Assembly: GCA_002633005.1 (NCBI GenBank)
Contig: NMRA01000021.1
Location: forward strand, 778,706-842,705
Length of the DNA stretch: 64,000 nucleotides
Reading direction: 5' to 3'
Source of the DNA: Phoronis australis
Lineage: Eukaryota; Animalia; Phoronida
In this document: piece after piece, positions 39,501-52,608 of the stretch
How the letters are laid out: the number at the start of each line of letters is the position of its first letter
Numbering within the stretch: position 1 is the stretch's first letter
Notes under the pieces: model-generated
Database searches by the model: none
Told to the model about the DNA's origin: nothing
What the model saw: only the letters and a program-made list of their open reading frames with translations
Program-made: the position numbers and the translations under genes

Positions 39501-40292
39501 GTGTGTCTTGGACGTACGTTTTGTTTTACTCTTTTGCAGTCTTGGTCCTAAGTTCACCATGCATCTTCAGTTCATGATCTCCAGTTTAATGTGAAACAGT
39601 TCTGATACACATAATATATTGTGATTTTCTCTAAACGTAGTCGACCCGTTATCTTTAACGTCACATCAAGACACATTGTAGTTATTACACAGAAAATCAA
39701 CAACAATATTATAGCATTTCTTTAATAATATTAATCTTTTATCACACATACCTCAAAATTGGTCATACAAAAAGATATACAATATTGCTTTAGGGAAATC
39801 AACATTACAAACTCATTGAACATTTCCTACGAATTACTTTTGGAATGTATTAGACTAAACAATCAGTGAATCATAGTCAGTGTATTTCGGATTGGTTGAT
39901 AGTATAAAAGTCTCTCATAGGAAATCAACAACATTATGAAAGCAATTTCTACAATAATCATAGACATAAATTTTCTTTTAAAATACTTATTGGTCAAAAC
40001 AATTTTATGTAAGTGGTGACCAATGACACTTAGTATAGTCATTTAAATCTACCTAAACACTACAAAAATGCACTGGTTCTGTTAATAAAAGATTCTGTTG
40101 AAATAACACAAATATAGAAAGAAACTTGAGGAAAAAGGTTCAAAACAAAACGTCAAAATACTATCCCATCAGACAACACCAACCATAAGCTCTGTAAATC
40201 TGAATAAACTATAGTGATTTAACAAAATTCACCATTGTAAATCTGAATAAACTATAGTGGCTTAATAACCTTCAGCACTGGACTTAATGATT

Positions 40293-40455
40293 TCATTCAT
40301 GACGTTTCTGCTTGCTATGCCTGTAGAAGGAGGCATACTGTTTGCATGACATGCCACATTCTCCACAAAAAGGAGTGTCCTCGTGCTGTGGTGCAGTGTT
40401 GCATCAGGCTTACTCTTTCCGTGGAACATTGATCGCAAATAGAACACTGAATCTA
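40293..40455 (-). pseudogene. Frameshifted pair of C2H2 zinc fingers
   Basis: IQCSICDQCSTERVSLMQHCTT / QHEDTPFCGECGMSCKQYASFYRHSKQKRHE*. Both fit C-x2-C-x12-H-x4/5-H; one frameshift and upstream stops. Confidence 0.6.
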
Positions 40456-43127
40456 CTTGGTTCTTGAGCACGATGCTTCATGCAACACGTCAATCATGGG
40501 GCTTGTTAAGGTTTTGCTCGCTGTAGTGTCACTGTGTTTTATTGCCATGTGATCAAACTAAGTGGATTTCTTAGCACCTGAACGAAACTCCTCAACAAAC
40601 ATATACTCCTTTGTGACATGCACTACTTTTTTGAAGGCGCGAACGTTAACACCCTGAAGGACTCGTCGTGTGGCTACAGTTCAACTGAAAAAAATCAAAC
40701 GCATTCAGTTACATTTGAGAGGTTAAATCTCGCAAAGGAATCATGAAATAACGGTGAAATATAATTAATAAGCAACCCATCAACTAATTTAGGATACGTA
40801 TTATTCTAAAATTACTGATATCATACGGTAATTTGAGCGACTATTCAGGCCAATGCAGAGAAAAAGATGTGCGTTCACGATCGCCATAGAGAATTTACGA
40901 CTTCGTTCCCGATCGCCGTTTCGCACAAGGACCTGCTTGTATTGGTAAATATCTCAAATTGTTTCACAAAACATAACTAACAAAGGTGTCACCAGGCACG
41001 ATTAAACTATACAGGTCACACGTCTGTAGATGTGCTTACGAACCCTAGAATTGCTAATAGGAAGTAGAAATTGTCGATTTTACGAGGCGCAAGGCATTTT
41101 ACCGAAAGCCATTGTTTTCTGGGCTCTTTTTATTTCACAAAATAAGCAAAAGTCAAGTATTATTTCAGATCCACAACAAAGGCTACACTCTGACGCTTTT
41201 CTGTGTATCACATTCGTACCAAAGTAGCCTCTATTTTAGAAGAAAATGACACTCAATGTCGCCTGCCATTTTTGGTGCAAAGTCTCGTTCTCGATCGCCT
41301 TCTGAGCGTTCTTGATCGTGGGATGGCCGGGGCGATCAGATACGTAACCTGCTATCCAGCACTTTAAATGGTTTTCAAAATGTCCAGGATATGTTTATAT
41401 AAAGTGGACCACACTTTTAAAGGCAAATTTCGCAGTGATGACAGAAACCAAACAATTTAGGATGATAGTTGACAGCTTTAAGTGCTAAAAAGGTAACTTT
41501 CCAGATCAAGCAAACCCGTTTAGACATCAACTTTTGGTCCGGCGCAACCGTGGCAGGCTAGAGAGACTGGATCGCACATGCGCAGTTTTACAAATGCCGA
41601 GAGTTGCGGAGACAAAGAACCTGTATGAAGGTCATAGCACAAGAGCAGTAGAAATGATCCTTTCCGCCTTGCTCCAGTTTCGCGTTTAGTCATATAATTG
41701 ACACGACGCAGGATGTTCGGGCGCAAATTGCTCTACCTCACAAACGGGTGGCAAAAATTTGTCACCGCGGTGTCAATTTGCTCCGTGTCATTCTGTTCAC
41801 ACACTGGAACAACTTGTTCCGTGTCAGCTGATCCGTGACAACTTTGTAATTGTAAACGGCACTTACATAGAATGCCAGAACGGTGTAATCAAAGTTGACG
41901 TCAATACACAAAAAGCCCTGTCCTTCGAATGCAACAGTTGTCTCTTGTATCCTTTCCAGCGCCGAATTTCAACTATGGGATTGGGTGCGGGTTGTGGGAT
42001 TTTTGGCCTCAAAGGTAAAATATTTAAATAATAAATGCAGTTGAAACGGGTCAGAGAACCTCTTGGGACTGCCTGTGACGGGTTTTCATTTTTTCATCAT
42101 TTGACATTTACAGCAGACAAATCACGTTTTGCATTCAGGAGGGCGCCAAAGTTTTCATCTCCAAAATACCAAACTCATCAACCCGGGAATATATTTGAAA
42201 GTTTATGGTCACTGAATAACATAACGAACGGTCAGATTAAGGCCTTTTTAGCATTCACGCCTAGACATGTTGACGCTTAAAAAGAATCCATAATTTGTAA
42301 CGTTATACAAAATAGGCAATCTATCGACTTACCTCTTCTACAGTTTTCATGCTGGAACTCGCTTAAAGTGACTTCTTCAAAACAGCAACAGGTCAGAAAG
42401 TTTTTGCGGAGTAAAGACTCCACTGTAGTATGACCTGATAATTTTGTACCAATATGACCAATTTGACCATGGATTTGCAATACATAATTAATAGTTAACT
42501 TAAGTCTAATAATAGTGCAAATAACACATAATTTCTCATTAATTACACATTTGTCTATGACCATTGCAATGACAATCACCTTTACTAACCAATACAACTT
42601 ATTCAAGAATAAGATACAGTCTATATGAAGTTAACCGATTTCAAAACTAATGTCATTCCATGCGACACTTACAGCTATGGCCCCTGTGGTCCTTACACAA
42701 GCACTCTGGTATTCTTGATTGAAACCTAAGTTCCGTAATAGAACCTTTTCTACTTCACGTTCTGTTTTTCCTGGATTCCCTTGTTATGTGCAGTTTAAGA
42801 CGGAGGTATCTCATAACTGAAGAGTTTGACAGATCAGCGATATTTAAAGGGATCGCCTAAGTTTGTCCTTAAAATAGTTTGCTTAACATACCTTAGTGTA
42901 AAGTGGACCAGGACATGAACTCAAGACTGTTTAAGGTTAATTTTGTGTTGATAACAGAAACCAAACAACTTAAAAAGATTCAAGATCATAGTCTTTGATA
43001 ACGTAAATTGCTAAAAAGGTGACGTTTCGGGTCTAGAGAAACTCCTTGCACAGATTGCCCTTTATACACAAACATCTGTTCTCCAAACATGTGGTGGCAG
43101 AATGGTCTAACCGATTGACATGAATTA

Positions 43128-43172
43128 ACAAAACAAAACAAAACAAAACAAAACAAAACAAAACAAAACAAA
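43128..43172. repeat. (AAAAC)n pentanucleotide microsatellite
   Basis: Direct reading. Confidence 0.95.
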
Positions 43173-43286
43173 GAGCATTGTTCTTGGAGTGCAACACAGG
43201 GGTTATGCAGCTATGGCATGACACGTGACTAGTTCCTAGCGCTTGTAGATGACGTCACCTTAACCAAACAAAACAAAACCACAACC

Positions 43287-43412
43287 GAATAATTTCCACT
43301 TACTGTAGGTTGAAAGAGTTTCCACCGGGGTGGAAGTAATTTCCATCAGAGTGGAAATAATTTCCACCTAGGTTGAAATAATTTCCATCCAGGTGAAAAT
43401 ATTTTCCACCTT
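43287..43412. repeat. 21-bp tandem repeat (5-6 units) with palindromic core GTGGAAAT-A-ATTTCCAC
   Basis: Units ggttgaaagagtttccaccgg, ggtggaagtaatttccatcag, agtggaaataatttccaccta, ggttgaaataatttccatcca, ggtgaaaatattttccacctt. Confidence 0.85.
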
Positions 43413-44139
43413 GACGAAAAAGGAAAAATAAAAACATAATAATTAAACTGAAATACTTTCGGACCACCGTACAAGCTGCCCATTCAAATCTACAGTTCAG
43501 TGTAGTTTGCGCTGCAGTCCGATTTTACATTCGCCATTGACTGAACTCGGATTCTTGTCGGACAACATACAGCATCGAATTTGGACCAAAAATGAACATG
43601 AAGTTGAGTTATTCGCGCTCATGATTGATCACGAAATATTGCCACTGTGCAATTCTGACTTCTCAACGTTTCTTTGTGTCATAATAAACGTTTTGGATTT
43701 CAGTCGCTTTTCCAAGAGCACAACCTCTTTTGCTCATTATATAACCAAATTTTGAGTACCTGAGAGAGAGGATGACAAAACACAATCGGGGGTGGCACAG
43801 CAGTTATTGGTCAACCGGTGACTTCAGTGTCACCAGTCGTTGTTTTACGAATGAAAAGAGTAGCTTGTGCGAAGAAAACGTGAGTAGCCATCGAGATCAA
43901 AATTGCTGTTTTACCAAAAATTGATCACCGGTAAGTTATTTTTGAGTGATGGTCAAATGCATGCGAGAATATCTGAGGATTGACGAGGTACGAAACTTTC
44001 CTGTTTTGCCATTAAAATTTCAAAGGCACAAGGAATTTGTACCGGTACAGTTTATTACTGGCAATTTCCGTCAAACCTGTAAACAGCAACAACAGACAGG
44101 CGCATGTCTACGGAAAATGACAAAAGCCATTGGATGCCA

Positions 44140-44900
44140 CCCGGGCTATGTCACGCGTGCTACGGGTTCATCCCGACGTGTCCCGGGATGTATGTGTCCA
44201 GGGTACTATGTGTCCAGTTTTCTGTGCATCGGACGGCGGCCTATGTGTCCCGGGTTCTGTGTGTCCCCGTGTGGTAATTGTGATTGCCCACTGCAGAAAA
44301 CCTCCTAGCTGCATGCTCAGATATCTGAGCTACATGTATTTGAATGCCAGCATACGCGCGCATTATTCAGCAGATTGGAGTTAGCGAGGTTGCTTTGCCT
44401 TTTATCAGGTTTAAAGACAACTCAAAATGGTCATTTGGACCAAGTATGGAAATTTCCAGTGAAACCTTCACATACTGCCTGTGGTTTGAATGTTATACAT
44501 GTTTTTGGCTAGACTCTTGTTTTGGGAAATTGTCACGTGGTCCCTACCTTGAACGACCTTGTAAGTGTCAAAAATTAATTGGGCGCCTTGGTGAACATAC
44601 ATGTAAGGATCAATCCAAAGACCTTGAAATTTTGTTAAGTGTTTCCAGAGATGTGCCTATGTATAATTTGTTTTATTAGGCCAAATTTTGGCTAAATTAT
44701 CCATGCAAATCAGGTCAATTGTTTGCTTTATATCAGGAACGAATAAGCAACTCAAAATTGTCACGTGGACCTAAAATGGCCAGTGTAGCAAAATCTTACG
44801 CAATCGTCTGCTTAGCTCATAGACTATAATGCGAAAGATCGAGGCACATAGAACCCGGGACACAAAGAACCCGGGATAAATAGAATTCGGGGCACTTTTT
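44140..44900. mobile_element. Non-autonomous element with inverted arrays of a 17-bp subterminal repeat (TATGTGTCCCGGGTTCT)
   Basis: Forward units at about 44170-44270; reverse-complement units (AGAACCCGGGACACA) at about 44843-44895. Confidence 0.6.
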
Positions 44901-46540
44901 TCGCCGTTAAAATAAAAGCTCAAACGACAAATAAGGGAAACGTACCAACAGGCTCTAAAGATTGGAACACACGAGGTTTTTAACAGTGTGTTATTCGAAG
45001 GCAGGGCCTATTTGTCTCCTCAGTTAGAAACAAAAAAAATTACCGTGGAATTCATCTCAAACTCTACCGTAGGAAGACTCTGCTGCAAGAGTCCAAAAAA
45101 TTGTCGAGTCGACTTGACAAACAAATTGCACTTACTCTCGATTATGCGATGATGTTTTGTAACGGAAATTCAAATACAGGGGAATCGCCCAAATGCAATT
45201 ACCAATGAAAGAGCAATTAATGTCTTGACATACCGCTAAAGCGATTCGAAATGAATGTATTCTCTAGACACGAAAGTGGCACAAACAATACCACATTTGC
45301 TGAATTCCTCAGACGTTTGAACTTTTGTTGCAGAATGTGACATCTGACGTCAGAGAAGGCCAATGACCGTAACTCTTTCAAAAACTAGTGCTGGGATGCA
45401 TAAAACTTTTTTCAAAAATAAGTTTAATTGTTGTATGACTTCAAACGCATTATTCAATAACAGGAACGTAGCATGCAACATCGTGACGCAACTGTTGTCA
45501 TAGCGCGTATAACTTTGAATTCATGAATCCAGGCCCAGATATGAACGGTGAGAATAAAAAAGAGCCTTGCTTTAACGAGCATTAATTATCTGAAAACCAC
45601 ACATCTTGAGCTCCTTGTGTCACGAAACAACGTTCAAAGAATTCTCGTATGATTGATGCTGGTATTAACAAAGCTGCCTCGACGATTGTCAACACTTCGA
45701 TAAAGCTTGAAAGTTTGGTAATCAAGGTTGAATTCTCGCCAATCGGTGCTGCACACACCGATGAAACTTAGATACATTCCGCAGACGCAGGGATCTCGCC
45801 AGTAAAGTTAGTGTGGCCACGTACTTCGCTTGTAATGCATGGTGATATCTCGTGAAGTTTTGCATCATCTTGCGTTTTTGCGAGATTCACGTGTCTGCGA
45901 AACGCAGCCCTGACCTATACTTAAATTGTCGAATGAAAATCTTTACTACTCATACGGCCTCCTTGCAACTACACTGGACGGTTGAAAATAAGTTTATGAA
46001 TGGAGTCGGCTGTCACAATTCTTGGCGAACAATACAAACTTTCCTTCGACGCAGCCTCAGCCAAGAGCTCGATATGTTGGTCTCGGTTTGATACTGGTTT
46101 CCTTTGTAAATTAGGTAAGTTGACTGAGCGGATGATTTCGGAGTATAAAAAATCATTCCTTTATAAAAACAATGTTTAAAAGGTGCAGGTCACGGTTGCT
46201 GGTAAGCAAGTTGTGTGGGTGTACAGGTATCTGAAATCCTCCTTAGATAGGTTTTTAAAGAAATGGGCTGAAGTCACGAATGGACAAATTGGGGATGGGC
46301 AAATAAACCAAGTTCATACTTTTAATTAAAAGTGAAAATACTGCTAGCGTTTAATCGAACAGTTGCAATGACAATTCATCATTATACAAGTTAAGACAAA
46401 CTGCAGCCTTGAAGAAAAATTCAGAGAAACATGCCTCATGATCACATTCTTTGCACACAATGCACTCTCTACTTTACTTCTGCTGTCGGATCTTTATCAC
46501 TGGGATAGTTGTAACAATTGTTTCGGGGGCAGTTTCTCGT

Positions 46541-46767
46541 TGAGACTATCGGCTTTTGCCTTTTGACTTTAGCCAAAATTCATAAATATGACTTCCAATA
46601 GCCAAGTTGAGTTTCGTTTCTCGAACAGACTACTAATTTTTGTCTTTTGACTTCGAGTTGTAGGCAGATTCTGTGACGTTTAGTCTTAGTCTAGCATCGT
46701 GAAGCAGGCTAAGCCACCCGAGGACATTATTTGAGCGAAAGTCAAAAGACAAAAGCCTATAGTCTCT
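46541..46767. mobile_element. MITE-like inverted repeat
   Basis: GAGACTATCGGCTTTTGCCTTTTGACTTT is mirrored by AAAGTCAAAAGACAAAAGCCTATAGTCTC. Confidence 0.55.
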
Positions 46768-48323
46768 AATGCCCAAACTCGAAGTCAAATTCAAAAAATA
46801 TTTCAATTATATTTTTTTCGTTGTGATTTAGTCCAACACACAGGGGCGATTTATGGGAGGGGGGGTGCGGGGGGCCATGGCGCAGATTCCGTTTGACAGT
46901 TCGGGGATGTGAATGTCTGACGGGCAAAATCCTGGCTAATACTCTGCCCTGGCTACCCCTATTTCAAAATTAGCCCTGACTATCTTATTCTGTGCTTGAG
47001 TACGTATGATACACGCAAACGAGTTTTTAGTCCAAGTCTTATCTCGGGATTCAGTAACTTACATGTATAGCTTTCTGATGATAATCAAGAGCAGACTAGG
47101 ATAGACAGTCATCCGGCAGGTACATCATACCATACTCGAGCACAGAATGGTGATCACTTTCTTGAGTTCATATTAGAGGATAATACCAAATGAAAATTGA
47201 TTTCACTCTTCGAGTACAAAGTTTGAATCCTGGCACTGATGAGCAAGACTTGTAAATTTAATTCAACCAATGATCACGTAACGCCACGTGCGTCGATCAG
47301 GTCATCAGATTCAGTGGCTTGGCGTTGTGTGTGTTCTAACTGTTGAGAAAAACAATGTTTAGTACACCTATTTTAGTGCATGCACGTACGTGTTGAATGG
47401 CGTGACACTCAAGTATGTAGAATTCATATAAACGTATAGCTGCGTGTAGCAGCTACAATTTAACTTTCAGTTATTGTCTCACAGTTATTTATTTGAGCAT
47501 TTACTGTATGGGCATTACTTTGAAAGTTTGTCATGCCATTAGAACTGTGCGGTGTCACGTGGCTCGCCTCAACTGGTGCCAGCGTGTTTCTGGGAATTGT
47601 CCATTAAAACTGTATCCAGTCGAGACTAAATGAATACTACACTATATTTTTTTCGAGACACATTTCATAAGAAATTAGAGTCATCTGGATTGGCTAGGCA
47701 TTTTGAGATTCACTGTATGTGTGGTGACTACGAATGACATTTGCTAAGTCATAAACACTCTACCACACAACTTCCTGTCCGTAAGGCAAGATTTTGGCTG
47801 GAAATTCAGGTACCTATGAGACCTTATTAGTCGCAAGCAAGTCGCGGTTTGGGGTTACATATTGCACATTTGTGTATTTTTCCTCGTTTTTTTTTGCATT
47901 GCCAGCTAATTTCGCTGTAGGCATTAAAGCAAGAAACGTACTTTGATTGTAATGTTTTAGGCTGTACGCAACCTTTAAAACCTATATCTGCATATGTTTC
48001 ATGATTTGTGATCTTGTTACAGAAAAAGAAATAAACTACTTTTCCTTAGATCACCTTGTCTGGGGAGGTAAAAAATGAGGTCCTGGGCACCAATTTATGT
48101 CGATGTTTACAGTATTTAATCGTCGCTCTTGGCATATATTGTCACACGGGCGACAGTATGTGTCGAGCGCCATAATATAAATCACAATAGCGTCTCTCGC
48201 TTAAACTAATTTCTATTTCTGGGGTACATGACGGACCGAGTGGGCAGAAGTAGTAGACACCTTAGCAAAACGATAAATGAAACCTCACCCAATTGCAGGA
48301 GTCGACACTCCTCCATTGTATAG

Positions 48324-48501
48324 GCTGTTGTAGTGCCCATTGAAGAAGTTATCACTGTTGAAGAAAATGAACTCGGGTTCATAATGCACTATATAGAGCG
48401 ACGGCCAAAGTACAAATGGGTGGCTGCAGCGACGTCCTTTATAAGTGAGAGCTCGGAAGAGGCTAAAAACATATTGTCGTCAATACGCAAGAATCTAATA
48501 G
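48324..48501 (+). CDS. CERK: Ceramide kinase-like gene, PH-domain exon
   Basis: AVVVPIEEVITVEENELGFIMHYIERRPKYKWVAAATSF..ILSSIRKNLI, donor G|GTAAAC (phase 1, matches the next exon). The 5' boundary is uncertain: the TAG at 48321-23 must be the acceptor or a nonsense codon. Confidence 0.6.
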
Positions 48502-49435
48502 GTAAACATGTAGAATGTAAACTAATCTTTCTCCACTGATGATCCAGTAAATTGGGTCGTTTTGTTGATTAATCGTTTCTAGAGTGCAGAACTTTGGCAA
48601 AGAAATTTGCATATACTGAATATTTGAACAATAATTCGATTTAAAGTGGGGGGAGGGGAAATCCGACAAATCTGGACGTAAGGAAGTCGGAAATTTTAAA
48701 GCTTCCAACACCGATTCGATTAGTGTGCGACAGAAAAACGGCTATATCGGCCGACAGACAAGCGAATGTCCAGTTAAGAAATATCAAGAACGCCGATCGG
48801 GCCTCTTCAAGAGCATTAATTCCTATATTACATGTACTTCTCCGACAACAAAGCGCCACGATAGACAACGAGATAGCACCAATCGCCGTTATCGTCCGAG
48901 CATCACGTGGTGTGAGAGCAAGGCATGGTGCGAAGTTTTGGTACGAAGACGAGCATGTGGAAATAAAAAGACCGAGGAGGAGCATTATGGGTCAGTCGCC
49001 ATGTTGCACGATGCAGCAAACCTTTTGCTATCATCGGACGTCAACGAACTGTTTTGAAACTAAGTGAACTCTATCCGTACATGAATACTTAAAATAAGTG
49101 TCCCTGAAGATTTCACTGAACGCAATTAGCCATGAGGTTCTCCCACCTTTACAAGTGACATGCTAAGTTGGCGACATCCTTGTCGGGGTAGGGGAGTTAG
49201 GCTACCAGACTAACGCGGTGAATGTTTTAAATGAGCCTCACATAGCGTAAAAATATCGGATTTCAGTCGCGGATATACATGTAATTCACGCTGTGGTAAG
49301 GCATTGGGGAGTTTCAGCTACAACGCCAACGTGTGAGTTGTTTTCTTAGCTAATTACGCCACAGTGCTGGCGCACGTCTCCGTGTTGACAGAGCTGACGC
49401 TCGCACTCACAACGGAGGAACAGCTGCTTACACAT

Positions 49436-50897
49436 ATAGACCTAATTCAGGCAGACAGGAGGCGAGTTCCAAAACGAGGCTCGCTACGATAGCTGTATTC
49501 CGCGTTGCTCCAACGGCTAGGAATAATACGGACATTCAACTGTCTGTTTTACAATATCCTGCTAAGGACGTTGAGTTGCGGAAGCGTTGGGTCGTTGCCA
49601 TACGCCGCGACGAAAGGAAATATGTCCGTGTAAAGTTTCTAAATGTTTTCGAAAAGTTAGATCATATTTGATAGCATCTCGTTGCCGAGTAATGACGAAC
49701 GAAAAATCTTTGGCCAGCCGGCTCAGTGTGTTTAGTATGATGACTTTTTTCCAAAAAGGGCAGGGCCCTCAATCCTTAGATTTTGGGGCCGAATATCAGC
49801 TCTACCCCTCTAAAAATATTAAAAAATCAGGCGAAATTCTCCCACGAGGCCTAAAAAAGTGATTGGAAATTTCTCTTCGAAGTTCAAATCACCTAGAGTG
49901 TAACCACACAGGTGACAATTTGAAAGAGCACGAAATGCTATTTGAGACATAGCCTATGAGAGCTTGCAACAGGACGGGGGTCCAATTGATGGTGATAGGG
50001 AGCTAAATTTTTCTAGTCACTCGGCGAAAAAATCCCCCTCTTGAAGGCACAGGCATCTTTCCCCTCTGATGAACGAACGCGGCCCCTGAAGAAACATGAT
50101 AAATATGCTTGCTCTGTCCAGTTAACTGAAATTGAGCTCTGAAACGAGGTTATGATTTAGACGAACGAATTAGGTACCTGTTTAAATTTTAAAATTCAAC
50201 TTGTTACAGATTGATATTTGAAACCTAACAAATGCAATAGACGTAAGAATTATTAAAACCAAGAAAGCAGAATTGATGATCAAATAACTTTTATTTTCAA
50301 TTACGAGCCAGGTTTTTATTTTAATAAAAATATATTTAATAACATCAATTATTCTTTCAGATCAATGACAAATCAATTGCTAGTCCCGGTAGTGCCTACC
50401 TCACCAGGACATAGCTAGGCTATCTGATGCTTTATGTTAATATTCTTGATTAACAAATTAAACCAGATGCACATGACAGCAAAATGCTGTCGAATATTTC
50501 ATCAACTCGTCAACAATAAGAGCAGACGAATTGGTTCGTGTAGAAATTAGCATTTTTATCAACAATTTACAAGAAGAAACGTAACCCTGCATTCAGCATA
50601 ATACCTAGCCGTAACACGTCGATCGCCGCAATTTAGTCATATTTACTTTCATGTTTTGAACCTAGTTTTCCGAAAAAAGCTTATACCCGTTCGTCAGACA
50701 ACTCTTTGGTGCATTGACTGTTCTCTAATGTATTTTTTTACGTCTCTGTGGTTAATTATCGACACATTTTTAAGATTTAATATCCAAGTTGGACTCGAAA
50801 GACCGGCCATTTAACTCACGCAATGTCAACTTCGGCTGTGTTTATCGCAGTGAGCATCGCTTTAGATTGTAATGTCTGCCGCGTGAATTAGGTCTAT
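49436..50897 (+). mobile_element. About 1.46-kb TIR element (PIF/Harbinger-like) carrying a THAP relic at about 49485-49630
   Basis: TIRs ATAGACCTAATTCA-GGCAGACA / TGTCTGCC-GCG-TGAATTAGGTCTAT. Internal SCIPRCSN..LSVLQYPAKDVELRKRWVVAIRRDE. Confidence 0.7.
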
Positions 50898-51846
50898 AGG
50901 GATAGGTGCACGACGGCAATTTCCAATGCTAATTTATCATAAAAGGGTGTTAAATTGGTTCATTGAAAGCTTACTCAGTCATTAGGTGATATAGATTAGT
51001 AGACATGTCATTCTTGGCTTGAAGAATTTAAATATGGCCTTAACGTCCTCTCCACGTTCATGACTTTCCTCACGACTAAAGCTCATACAATAAAACAGTT
51101 TAGAGAAACGTTTTGTAACTTTTAGGATAAGAAGGATAATTGGAATTTGTGAATCACCAAACAATTGTTTTGTTATAATTTTGTTCAAGGTCGATTTTTG
51201 TATGAGAAAAACGAAAACTTGGAATAACAACTTTTCCTTTTAGTCACCCAGAGCGGAAGAAAATGATGCCACCACTACCCTAGCTCGCCAGTTGCACTCT
51301 CTCCCCGACCAGCACACCTGGTGATCGCAACTTCAGCAAACAGCGGCAGCGTTACCAGTCAAGATTTACGTATAGAACATGAGCAAAACTTTAGTTAATT
51401 GCTATTGCTTGACGTGTTTTGCCTATTTTTCGTCAGACACTTCTGAGTGAAGCTCGGGGCGGCCCCATCCCCAGCCGACTCATTTGGGGAGCGTCGCACC
51501 CATTGTTTGCAAGACGTCGTGACATTTCTATGCATTTTAGCTGTCACTTTACAGAAAAATAAACATTTTATGTCCTTTCATGAACTAGAAAGTAAGTCTA
51601 CCAAAAACCAACGATGTGCAATTCCATGTAGTGTAACTCATTACTAGTTCGGTGCGTTCGCCAGAAGTGGCTGTTGGTATCTAAGTTAACAAAGGCCTGC
51701 CCCCATGCAGACAACTACATGTAGTATACAGATGTGGCTAGCAATCATTCAACTGGTGAAATTTCAGTTTCCACTCGCCTGAACCTGTTAAGGAATACCT
51801 ACATCATGTATAAAAACCTGCGTGAACGTTTTGCTTCGTATTTCAG

Positions 51847-51981
51847 AGTTTACGAATCGTCCCAAGAATTTATTGGTGTTTATTAACCCTACCAGTGGGG
51901 GCGGAGGGAAGACACTAAAGACGTTCAGCGATATAGCGAAGCCACTGTTGAATTTGGTGAAAATTCAATACCAGGTCGTAG
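51847..51981 (+). CDS. CERK: Ceramide kinase-like exon (start of the DAGK-type catalytic domain)
   Basis: TTTCAG|(E)FTNRPKNLLVFINPTSGGGGKTLKTFSDIAKPLLNLVKIQYQVV G|GTAAAG; compare CERK RPKxLLVFINPxGG. Confidence 0.9.
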
Positions 51982-52461
51982 GTAAAGGTTACCAACCATC
52001 ATTTCCGAGTGTGAAATGAGACATGATGACGAATCATTAGACCACAACTCGATCCTGGCAGCATAGATCGTGATCATGGCTTGTTGAGTTGGTGGAATCT
52101 GCCTTCCTGCGCACCCCCCGGTCATCAACTTCTAAACTACGTTATTGTGAAGAAATGTAGATGGGGAAAATAACATTTGCTGTTAATAATCCGGAAAAAA
52201 TGCGCAGCGTATGCTAATTTGTAAGCAAATTAGTGCCGCCATCTCCGCATTTTCGTTACTTGCAGTATCTCACTGACTGTTTCATGTAATTTGAAAAATA
52301 AGAGTTTATGTTTATGTTTATGTCAAACTTTTGCGACAAAATCAAAGTTTCATTATAATCTCTGTTTTTGTTGCGTCACAGCCCATTAGCATTGGTTCTT
52401 CTTATACGGATCAAGTAAAATGTAAAGAAGCCAACAAAAACATTTTTTTTTTCACCATTTC

Positions 52462-52608
52462 CAGAGTCGGATCAAGGATTTTGAGTTGGGGAGGGCGCAG
52501 GGCAGAGTATTAGCCAGGATTTTGACCGCCAGACATTCGCAGCCCCGAATTGCCAAATGGCATCTGGGAGAATTTTAAGGGGGCCATGGCCCTCTAAGTC
52601 ATCCATTG
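52462..52608. mobile_element. GC-rich MITE with 5-bp TSD ATTTC (relatives at about 27150-27241 and 46841-46978)
   Basis: atttc|CAGAGTCGGAT...ATCCATTG|atttc; shares the core CCCCGAACTGCCAAATGGAATCTGG with the other two copies. Confidence 0.7.

Noticed and set aside
43287-43412. Possible CRISPR-like array
   Set aside because: Units are contiguous with no unique spacers, the context is eukaryotic and there are no cas genes.
48641-49067. Three overlapping 110-114-aa ORFs
   Set aside because: They lie in a CERK intron and show no protein motifs.
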